Below, in pieces: positions 1-12,100 of a stretch of DNA of 64,000 nt. The DNA comes from Mobula hypostoma (lineage: Eukaryota). Position 1 is the stretch's first letter; each line of letters begins with the position of its first letter. A model generated the notes under the pieces. That model saw only the letters and a list, made by a program, of their open reading frames with translations, made no database searches and was not told the DNA's origin. The position numbers and the translations under genes are program-made. The stretch covers positions 27,530,001 through 27,594,000 of the forward strand of contig NC_086097.1 of NCBI RefSeq assembly GCF_963921235.1, written 5' to 3'.

Positions 1-50
1 CACAGATAACTGAACATGTCAAAGACAGAAAGGCAAGGCCCAGTTCTTAC

Positions 51-123
51 CTGCCTTGATATGGCAAGTTGAAGAGCCAGGTAGAACGCAGCCAGATGAT
101 CAGTTGGAGACAATCCATATGCC
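51..123 (-). CDS. TTC7B: TTC7B coding exon (73 nt, about exon 14)
   Basis: cctcag|G GCA TAT ... AGG CAG|gtaaga; encodes [24 protein letters not shown]. Confidence 0.95.
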
Positions 124-3100
124 CTGAGGTGCAGAAGCACAGAAGCAACAAAATAGTCAACAATGAACAGGAAAGTTTGGTTTTGACTGAACTAAAGAAG
201 TCACTTCTTTGGAGTTGAGCACCACAGAAGTCAGATGCTGTTTCCCGTTATTTCCAATCTATGAAACATCAATTCATCAAAAATTGTATTTTTTATAACA
301 AACCTCACTCATATGCCTTTCTTTTCCTTGTACGTATGTACATCCACCATGCCGTAGGCACATTATGGATGCTGTGTTGTGCTCTAGTGAAAACAAAATG
401 CTGAGAATACTCAGCATCCCCAGAAAGGGAAATAGAGATAGTGTTTAAGGTCAGAGACTCACCTGAAATGTTAACTCTGTTTGTCTCTCCGGATATATTG
501 ACTTGGGCTGCTGAGTGTTCCCAGCATTTTAATTTAGAGATGTTTAGCAGGTGCATTTTTTCCCAGACAATACTGTACTGAACTGAACAGAACAGACAAC
601 TCAATGGATAAGACAAGTGTATGGACTGTGCTAGATGGGTAACTGAGTGGATGCAACACAAAGCTACACAAGCAACCTAATGACAGTGCACAAACCTAAA
701 TGGACAAATCAGAAGACACTGCATTGGGCCAGGTAGACAACCCAGCAGCCACTGGATATCAGCAACTCACTTCACTATGCCTTATAAACAACTTGACTGA
801 CACTAAGAATCCGATAGGCACTGTTCTGTACTAAATAAGCAACTTATAGGCATTGCACGTGGACTATGTTATGGATCATTCTACATTAGCAAGAGTGGGT
901 AAATTAGAACATAGAATAATACTGCACAGAACTATAAAACATTTCAGCACAGTACAGGCCCTTCAGCCTATGATGTTGTGCCAACCTTTTAATCTACTCT
1001 GAGATCAATCTAAACCTTCCCTTCAACATAGTTCTCCATTTTTCTTTTGTCCATGTATCTATCTAAGAGACTCCTAAATGCCTATCTACCACTACCACTA
1101 TCCCTAGCAGCATGATCCACACACCCACCACCCTTTGTGTAAAACTCTGACATCCTCTCCTATACTTTCCTCTGAACACCTTAAAATTATGCTCCCTCAT
1201 ATTGGCTATTTCAGTCCTTGGTAAAGTCTCTGGCTGTCCACTCAATCTATGCGACTTATCATCTTCTACACCTCTATCAAGCCACCTCGCTCCATCTTCA
1301 CTCCACAGAGAAAAGCCCTAGCTGACTCAATCTATCCTCTTAATACATGCCCTTTAATCTAGGCAGCACCTTGGTAAACCCTGGAATTTAGTAACCAATT
1401 TAATTGGGCTTTGCAGCAGGTTTTAACACACAATCTGCTGGAAGAACTCAGCAGGCTGAGCAGCTGGGGGTGTCACTGGGGGTGGAAGAATCATTGATAT
1501 TTTGGGTCAAAACACTGCATCAGTATTGTTGCTCTAGATTACTGTATCTGCAGTTCTCATATCTCTTGAGCAAACTTTTGACTGTGGATCACTATTTCTG
1601 TTGGAAATGGAACTGGGGGGAGGGTGGTGGTGGGAAGTAAAATTTTCCTTGATTTCTTCTTCAAAATCAGAATAAGGAAGATTCTGATGACGGATCTCGC
1701 CCCAAAACATGGACTATTTATCCGCTCCATAGATGCTGCCTGACCTGCTGAGTTCCTCCAGCATTCTGAGTGTGTTGCTCCTCAAAGAAGCCAGTAAACC
1801 TGTCCCTTGTCTCGGTGCTGACATCAGTCCCTTGGTGAACAGAAGAACTTCCCAGGATTCCTTCCCATGATTTACCATTTTTTCTTATTCCTTGTATGAA
1901 CTATCAGATTGATATACAAGCTCCAATTAAGCTCAAAAATAGGTCTCATACCACCGGCAATTCACTGGCACTTAATCGGGAGAAGTGCTGTGCAAGTAAA
2001 GCTTGGAAGTAAAATGTCTCATCCATTCTAGTTGTCATGGCAACACTGTGTTGCAGCTATTCCAACACTTAGATTTATATATCCTTTTTTAAAAATCATG
2101 CATACCTCTGAAATGCTCGCAGTGCCTTTTTCTGGAGATCTTCTTGCATTCCTTTCAACGTTGCTTTGGGAAAAAAGATCAATAAGTTGTTAATAAAATG
2201 TTCATAAGATGTGTGTAAACCCAGTTAAAGAGACATGGAGCACTACAGCACAGAAATAGGCTCTTCGGCCCAATTAATCCATGCCGACCTATTATTCTAC
2301 CTAGTCCCATCTACCTGCTCACGGACCATAGCCCTCCATACACCTCTAAATTAGTTTTTTTCACGATTTTTTTGTCCTAATTTATTTATTTTTATTTAGA
2401 GATACAGCATGAGAACAGATTCTTCTGGCCCAATGAGTCAGTGGCATCCAATTACACCCACGTGAACAATTAAGCAACGTACCTGTAGGGCTTTGGAATG
2501 TGGAAGGAAATTGGAGCACCTGGAGGAAACCCAGCAGTCATGGGGAGAACATAAAACTCCTTACAGGCAGTGTCGGAATGGAACCTGGTAGCTGGCGCTG
2601 TAATAGCAATATGCTAACTGCTAAACTCCCGTGTTTGGAAGATGGATTAGACAGCAGCACCATGAGGGCTTGAACATGTTAAGGGATGAAACAGCACAGC
2701 TGTGCTGTTTGGGCAGTACTGTGGTCTGTATCTGTTAATACTCCTGTAAGTCAGGGGTGCTCTTGGAGGGAGATAGACTGATGGCATGAAACCTTTTTTG
2801 ATATGTTCCACCAGGATTGGCAAATTACAGCCCTTGGCTATAATGTCTCAAAATGGAGAGATGCATTTCCAACGATCAGAATTTGAAACAGGGGGCATCA
2901 AAACTCCAGGGTATTGGGGAGAGAGGGGACAGGGTGAAGAAATACAAGGCACACACCTACCAGATTTATTAAGGCTTATGACTTAAGATTTAGATTGTTC
3001 AAAAGCATGCCACTACTAAACTCAGTTGGAAGCTTGGTGGCAAACTCCAAAAGAGATAGGAGCAGAATTAGGCTATTTGGCCCATCGAGTTAACCCTCCT

Positions 3101-6100
3101 CTAAGCTCCTGGAGGTTAGAGGAGGAAAGTTAACTGACAGGGGATTATCCCTTGAGAAATAACCAGTTGGGAGTAGGAATCTTGCAGATTTCAGATTCAT
3201 TTATTTATCATGCATATATCGAAACATGCAGTGAAATGCATAATTTGCATTAACAATCCAACACCCCCAAGGATGTGTTGGGGGAAGCCTGCAACTACCG
3301 CCACACGTTCTGGAACTAACATAGTATGCCCACAATAGACCTTGTGGATATAGATCAGGGCAACAGAGACTAGTCTCAGGATCAGCAATGAGCCTGGGCA
3401 CCAGGGGCCAATGGTGGAAGGATGCAGTGGGTGGGAGTGCTGGAGATGTTGAGGTGGTGTTGGAAGATGTAGGGCTGGGAGGTGGGGTGAGGTAACAAGC
3501 TGGAAGGAATTTAAAGGAATGGGCCCTGTTGGAGGTACATGATGTGTTTAGGGTGGGTGCTGCAACAGTAGGGTCATGGACAAGGCTTGTGAGGATGGTG
3601 ATAAGAAAGCTGTCATTGTTGTAAATCAGGCTAACCTCTTCACAAAAGTGAAGTTAGGCTGAGAAGCATAATGAGCCTGACCTACATTGAGCCTGACATG
3701 TTGACAATCACCATTTTCACCAGGCTGGCAATATCAAGGATAAGAGTGTGCGATACGGCATATACCATAATGCCAGGTTAACAAGCTTTAGGGGTTTTGA
3801 ATATATCCTTACCATCCGTGGCCTGGAGACTGTAAGTTAAGCCAAGAGCCAAGAAGCCTTTTGCTCGAAACTCAGGTTTTTCATTGATCTCGGTCACCAT
3901 TTCAGCAAATTGCTTTGCTTCTCCCAACTTCCGAACAAAGATAAAGATAAGCATCATGTTAAAAGGGGAAAAAAAACCTGATAGCTAAAAAAGACAATGT
4001 TATATACCACTGCAGAAATTCTCATTTGCACTATTTATTGATTCTGTTCAATTCAGACATAAAATCCTTCAGGAAAATTATTACTATGGCACTAGCAACA
4101 AGTTTAAAGTTCAAAGTAAATTTATTGTCAAAGTACGAATATGTCACCATATACTACCTCGTGATTCATTTTCTTACAGTCATTCAAGTAGGACAAAGAG
4201 TCAATCAAAATTACACACAAAGACTGACAAACAGCAAATGTACAAAAGACACACTACAAAGAAAATTAATAATCATATATTATTTAAAATGCTGAGTGGA
4301 AAACAAAGGGTGCTGAAGATTGTATGATATTAATGTTGTTACTCTTACAAATATTATTTTCTTCTCATGTTAGCTTCAACAGGTTCAAGTCCTTGTTATT
4401 AACTTCTGTGGAACATCAGATACATTAATATCCTACTACACTGTAATTATTCAGCAAATCTGTCATTTGCTGGCTAAAGAGTCCACTTTTTTCATGACTG
4501 CTCATTATCTTCTCATGTAGCTTACACATCTGATACCTTTCTTTAGTTTCTTTGTGTAAAGCTTATTGCTTCCTTGGCTGTGGTCAGGAAATTAAACATA
4601 GGCCAGGGATCGTTATAGCTCAGTTATAGGGTTTCTAACCTAGCTGAAATTCTGGCTTCACAGTGATGTTCCAGAATGTCCTTGGTATCTTAAACATAGC
4701 ATTATTATTACAGCAAACTATTCTGCTGGGGTATAATCTGAAAAGTAAAAGTGCCTGGTGTATTCTAATGTATGTTGATGTGTCAAGGAGTTAAACATCT
4801 TATTTTTTAAACTGTTAATCATTTTTTAAAAGAGATCTGGCATGTGGAATTATGACATTGTGGCCATTAGTGAGGGGCAGGACTGGCAGATCAAAGTTCC
4901 AGGGTTCTGTAGTTTTAGACATGGTAGAGTGGGTGAGATTAAAAGGGAAAGGATGATGTTACTTGATAGGGAAAATGTTACAGCAGTGCTCAGACAGGAC
5001 AGACTGGAGAGCTCGTCTACTGAGGCTGTATGAGTGGAACCTTATATAAGATATACAGTTCTATATGGTCCTCTAACAGGCCCTTCTGGCCCAACAAGCC
5101 CATTCTGCCCAATTACATCCATGTAACCAATTAACCTACTAACCTGTATATCTATTTTTGGAATATGGGATGAATCCGGAGCACCCGGGGAAAACCGAAA
5201 TGGTCATGGTGATAACGTAACAAACTCCTTACAGGTACCAGTGGGAATTGAACTAATGATTGCTGGTGTTGTAATAGCATTGCGTTAGCCACTACAATAA
5301 CGTGGCACCCATACTTTCTCGCATTTGGATTTCAGAGCTGAAGCACAACTGCAGATCAATAAAACACTCTGAGATAAGGTTTCTCTCCCTTTCTCGACCT
5401 ATAAGCCTTTAAACCACTTTGTTACTGATAATCCCACCAACATATCACTCTCAGGAATACAGCAACAATTTGGGGGATTATAAGTGTGACCCCATCACAA
5501 AGTGATCCAATTATGCCACTTATGGACAATTGTCAATTGGCTTCTAGAATACAGAATTAAAACTCTAGTGCCTGTACTACCGTCTTCCCCTTAGTCTATG
5601 AGTTCTCTTGAGAATTGGCTCTTTAGCGGATTCTTCTATCGAAATGCTAGAACCCCGATTTGGGTCAGTGTGAATACAGTAACAGAATCAGAGAGAGGAG
5701 GTCACCCAACAGTTGCTCTCCATTTCCACTTTCAGCCTATTGCAAGAATCTAACGAAAAGATTAAAGATTAGCTTTAGTGCCACGTACATTAAAACACAC
5801 AGTGAAATGCGTCGTTTGTGTCAAACACCAACACAGTCCGAGGATGGTCTGGAGGCAGACTGCAAGTGTTGCCATACTTGTGCACCAACATAGCATGCCC
5901 ACTACTCACTAAACCCAACCCATACAGTATTGTGCAAAAGTCTTAGGCACATATGTATATTGAGGATGCCTAAGACTTTTGCACAGTACTGTAGTAATTT
6001 TATGTATTGCACTGTACTGCGGCAGCAAAAAAAAAATCATGGCATATGTGAGTGATGATAAACCTGATTCTGATTTGGGTCTCTATTGCGGACTGAGAGT

Positions 6101-9100
6101 GGGAAGGGTCAGGGAGAAGGGAATCATGGTTGGGAAAAGGGGAGGGAATGGAACGCCCCAGAGAGATATTCTGTAATGATCAATAAACCAGTTGCTTGGA
6201 ATCAAATGGCCTTGCCTGATGTACCAGGGGTGGGTCTGTCTGTGTCTGTACCTGCACCACCCACACCCACTGCCCCACCCCTGGCACTCCTTCTCTGCCA
6301 CCTACCCCACACCCATCCTATGGTGCTCCACCCTCATCATTCCCAACAGCCTTTGCTCCCGCCAGATTTACAAACTCGCTTTCTACTCCATGTTTACAAA
6401 TACATTACTGTGCAAGTCTTAGGCACCCTAGCTATATACTGTATACGTGCCTAAGACTTTTTCACAGTATTGCATGCCTTTGGAATGTGGAAAGAAACCA
6501 GAGCACCCAGAGGAAACTCACACGGTCACAGGGAAAATGTATAAACTCCTTAGGACAGCAGTGGGAATTGAACCCGCAGCTGATGCCGTAAAGCATTACG
6601 CTAACCGTTACCCTACCACGTCACCCACATGACACGAACAGAAAGTATCAAGGAACACTGCACATCAAGTAATTTGTATTGTACATAACTACAAGACTGA
6701 GATGGCAAGAAGCATCTTCACATATGGTGGAGAACCTTTGGCGTACCTGACCCAAGAGAGGTTCGATGGCTGGATACATTCAGTATGGAGAGTGATAGAT
6801 TTTTAGAATGTAATGGAATCAAGTAGCCAGTGTAAAAAATTGACAATGAATTAAAATATTAGATCAGGATTTATTGAATGCAGTAAGAAGACAGAGAATT
6901 TAAATGCTTAAGAAACAGTCAGAGGGATAGCGAAAGGAAGAGTTTGTATAATTGGTGGTTTAATAGTCCTTCCAAGGTAATAAACAATGAACTTTGTTGA
7001 CTGCAATTCGAAAGTGCAATTGTGATGAGCACACAAGATCCCATAGTTATTGTTGATATGATTAGCTGGATAATCAATTACTTAAAAGATAAAAAGATTA
7101 ACTTTATTTGTCAAAAACAAGAGAAAATCTGCAGATGCTAGAAATCCAAGCAACACACACACAAAATGCTGGAGGAACTCAACAGATCAGGCAGCATTTA
7201 TGGAAAGAAGTAGAGTCGATGTTTCAGGCTGAGACCCTTCAGCAGGACTGGAGGAAAAAAGCCGAGGAGTAGATTTAAAAGGTGGAGGGAGGGGAGAGAG
7301 AAACACAAAGTGATAGGTAAAACCTGAAGGGGAGGGATGAAGTAAAGAACTGGGAAGTTGATTGGTGAAAAAGATACAGGGCTGGAGAAGAGGGAGTCTG
7401 ATAGAAGAGGACAGATGGCCGTGGAAGAAAGGAAAAGGGGGAGGAGCACCAGAGGGAGGCAATTGGCGGGCAAGGAGATAAGGTGAGAGAGGGAAAAGGG
7501 GATGGAAAATGGTTAAGGACGGTGGGGAGGCATTATCGGAAGTTGGAGAAATCGATATTCATGTCATCAGGCTGGAGGGTGCCCAGATGGAATATAAGGT
7601 GTTGTTTCTCCAACCTGTGTGTGGCCTCATCACGATAGTGGAGGAGGCCATGGATAGATATCGAAATGGGAATGGGAAGTGGAATTAAAATGTGTGGCCA
7701 TTGAAATGGGGAGGGGGAAAGGGGGAAGGGGGGAGAAGGGAGAGAGCGGGGAGCGTGAGGGGGAGAGGGAGAGAGAAGGAGGGGGAGGGGGAGAGGGGGA
7801 GGGGGGAGAGGGGGAGGAAGAGATATCCCTTTTATGTGATTTTTTTCCCCAAAGGCTGAAACCATTTGAAATACTTCAGCTCCTTCCTTAATCCAAATTT
7901 CATTAACTTGTGCCTACAAATGACAAGAGACAGAAGTCATTTACTATCATAAATTAAAGGCTATGTGTTCAATTATACCACCAGTTCAGGTGCTTTCATT
8001 CAGCAGTTCATTAACACGTGTCTCCCCCTCAACAATAACGAAGATCAACGAATTAGGCAATGATTAATTCCGCATTAAAAATACACCATGCAATATACAA
8101 AACATACACATTCCATTTCACTTTGTCCTCCTATCTGTCTTTGAAAATGAGCTAAAGAAGCTGCAGTGTTACATTATTCCGAACAGTGTCATCTGGGACA
8201 TTTGAATCAAGCAATACTTGCCTCGCCCTCTCCAGAAATCACTGAAACTGGAGAGGGAGCGTTTCATCAGTACTGACTAATCCCATTCCTTCATCAAATA
8301 GACCATAAGATAAAAGAACTGAATTAGGCCATTCAGCCCCTCAGGTTTGCTTCACCATTCCATCATAGCTGATTTATTACCCCCCTTAACCTCATTCTCC
8401 TGCCTTCTCCCCATAACCTTTGAGACACTTACTAATCAGGAACCTATCAACCTCTGCTTTAAATGTATCCAATGACTTGGCCTCCACAGCCATCTGTGGC
8501 AATAAATTCCACAGATTCACCACCCTCTGGCTAAAGAAGTTTCTCTTCATTTCATTAACCATAGACTAGATGAGCCAAAGGGCCTGTTTCTGTGCTGTAG
8601 CACTTTATGACCCTATGACGTACATTGAAACATGCAGTGAAACATGTCATTTGTGTTAACACCCAACACCTAGGGAAGGCTGGGGCTAGCCCGCAAGGGT
8701 CGCCACACATGCTGGGGCCAACATAACATGCTACAATGTTTAGCAGAACACAAGCAAAAAAAAACAAAACAAGAAGAGCAAAATAAGACACTTGCCTCCA
8801 TCTCAGCCACCCACTCAATCACTCACACAGCTATACCTCCAACCCCAGGATACGTTGCCTCTCGAGTACTTGATTCTGCAGTTCATGCCACCAGATTGGA
8901 GGCTACCCAATCAGAATATAAGGTGTTGCTCCTCCAGCTTGAGTGTGGCCTCATCCTGGCAGTGGAGGAAGCCATGGATGGACTGACATGTTGGAATGGG
9001 AATGGGAAGTAGTACTGAAATGGATGGCCACTGGGAAATCCTGCTTTTTGTGGCGAACGGAGCGAAGATGCTCGATGAAGTAGTCTCCCAATCTATGTCA

Positions 9101-12100
9101 GGACTCAAGCAGGATTTCCCAAGTATCTGCATATTTCTGTCAAACAATAAGAAACTTTTTAGGCTCTGACTGCTTTGTGAAAAATGTAAATCCCTCCCCT
9201 TTTCAGGTTCTTTCTCAGGCTCTCATTTCTCTCTTTTGGCAGAGGCCCTCAGATCTAATAGGAGAATCAAAATCAGAATCAGGTTTATTATCACTGACAT
9301 ATTTGTTATACTTGTAGTTTTGTGGCAGCAGTTGAGTACAATTAATAAAATATACTATAAATTATAGTAAGGAAAAATATATACAGTATATAAGTTAAAA
9401 ATGTACTGCAAAAAGAGATCAAGTATAGTGAGGTGGTGTTTGTGGGTTCATTGTATGTTCAGAAATCTGATGGTAGAGGGAAAGAAGCTGTTCCTAAATT
9501 GTTGAGTTCACACTTAAAGTCTCTAGGCTACTGATGGTATCAATGGGAAAAGAGCATGTACTGGGTGGTGGGGGTCATTAATGATGGATGACGCCTTTTT
9601 GAGGCATCGCCTGTTTTAGATGTCCTTCATGGTGGGGCGGTCATGTCATGGAGTTGTTCAGTTTACAATCCTCTGAACCTTTTTTCAATCCTATGCGTAG
9701 AGCTTCTATATGAGATGGCAGGGTCAGATTAAAATTATTCAATAAATCTGCCAGACAGTAGTACCATACCTATATTCTGAGGGCCTTGCGCCTGCCCCTC
9801 TACACTGAAACGCTAGTGACAACACTGTCTGCAATTCAATGAGTTCCAGTCTAACTATACTGAACTCACAGAATGCTGAGCAGCTCAAACCAGTCACACT
9901 GCTGATCAAAGCTTTGGCTTATAAAGGATGATGTAATAAAATAAATCCACAGGGAGAGCCAATATATTCGCAGACACCTTCACAATGGGATGCGGAGTCT
10001 GTAAAACAACAGCTGTGCACACTTAAACTCTGGTCAGCTCCGCTAAAATTTTGCTTAAAAAAAAGTAAATTTTAAAAAGAATCCTCTTCAATTTTCTCCC
10101 TGTTCTCCATGTACTCTGTTCTATGAATGATAAATGAGCAGTTCTATAAAAACCTGGTTAGACCACACTTGAAATACTGTGTTTGGGTTCCGGTCACCTC
10201 ATAGGAAAGATGTAGAAACTTTACAGAGGGTGCAAAGCACATTTACATAGTGCTGCATGGAATAGACAGCATGTCTTAGGAGGAAAAGTTGAGCGAGCTG
10301 GGGTTATTCTCTTTGGAGCAAAGGAGGATGAGCAGTAACCTGATAGGGGTGTACAATATGCTAAGAGGCATAGATCTAATGGATAGTCAGAAACTTTTCC
10401 CCAGGGTGGAAATAGCTAATAAAAGGGGCATAATTTTAAGGTGATTGGAGGAACGTATAGGGCAGATGTCAGAGGCAAGTATTTTTTTACACAGAGAGTA
10501 GTGGATGTGTGGAACGTGCTACACTGCCAGGTGTGGCAGTACAAAAGCAGATAATTAGGGACATTTAAGAGATTCTTAAATAGAGACATGAATCATTAAA
10601 AAAAAGGAGGGCAATGTGAGAGGGAAGGGTTGATTGATCTTACAGTTAAAAGGTCGGCACAAGATCGTGGGCCAAAGAGCCTAGACTCTGGCACAGTGTT
10701 CTTTGTTCTAAGTTATTTGTTTTGTGACTGCAATAAGAAGCTTTTGTAATGTGCTAGTATATGGCAGCAGCAGTGACCTGCGGCAGGGCAGAGATGGATT
10801 CTTGCTGTAATAATGGGTGGGTGAGGTACAGAAGTGTGAGGGTGATGGAAGAAGTGAGGTTGGCCTCAAAGACTGAATGTCTAGAGACAGCATAAGATTA
10901 GGTCATTAGCTGAGCATAGAATACTGACTAATTGGGAAGTTGGGAAGAGGGCACCATACTATTAAGGAAGAAATGATCCTGGAGTCCATGGACTCACTTT
11001 TAAGGACTCTACAACTCATGTTTTGAGTATTATTTATCTACCTATTTATTGTATTTGCACAGTTTGCCTTCTTTTGCACATTGGTTGTTTGTCAGTCTTT
11101 GTGTGTAGTTTTTCATTGATTCTATTGTATTTCTTTGTCTTACTGTGAATGCCCACAAGAAATTAATCTCATGATAGGATATGACTTCATATACATGATA
11201 AAATATTTTACTTTGACTTTAAGGGGTGGTGGTGGAAACAGATCTAATAGAGGCATTCAAAAGGCTTTAATAAAGGTATATGAACAGGCAGGTAACAGGA
11301 ATCCAGATCAAATTTACTTTGAGCTTGAATATTGAACTTTGGAGTATGTGAAGTAGTTCTGGTAATAGATGTAACTAGTAAACTCTGCATGTCTGATCTA
11401 CCCAAGCCTCGCCTCCACTTCTCTGCCAGTTCCACGTGCCTCTCGGTTACCATTTTAAAGCATTTGGAGGAGACGTGGTGATAAGTAACATCAACTACAG
11501 AGGAAAGAAGTCAACAGCACAGAGGACAACGCAGAGGATTGGGGAAAGGAAAGGATAATGGGAAGGGCAAAGGTGGTGCAGTGGCCATGGCAACTGCTAA
11601 ATATGGGATGGGTGCAGCACCTATGGCTGGGTGTGGTGCATGAAATGAGCTGCTGGAGAAACTCAGAGGACCAGGCAGTATCTGTGGCAGGAAATGGACA
11701 GATGTTATTTCAGGTTGAGATCTTCAATTTGTACTGTAAGATAGAGAGGAGGTAGTCAGTATAAAGAGGAGGGGGAGGGATGGGCCAAGAGGTGACAAGT
11801 GGATCCAGGTGAGAGTGGGTTTGTGGGCAGATGGAGTACGATGAGAACAGAAGGGTGAAGGTAATGACATGGGTTAAGAGGTAATGTGTGTACAGTTGTT
11901 TGGAGGTGGTAGCATTACAGAGGTTGGGCCTTGAGTGGGATTGTCATTTTTCTTCTGGTTAATTTCCTTTATATTTACTTATATGTTTGTATAGTCTCAT
12001 GTTTGTCTAAATGTTCAGTAGATTTCCAGTAATTTGTAGTATATCTGGTTCTGGATTTTTGTAGTTTCTTTGTCTGTAAAGTTTGGACTCACGGAAAGAT

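Noticed and set aside
305..661. 118-aa minus-strand ORF upstream of the last exon as an extra exon
   Set aside because: The 58-nt and 73-nt exons already join in frame and match the expected protein; the ORF crosses a pLTR remnant.
7707..7822. Functional G-quadruplex or the Gly/Glu-rich ORF 7679-7891
   Set aside because: Low-complexity purine tract at a Penelope truncation point; the G-rich strand is not the TTC7B transcript strand and nothing indicates function.
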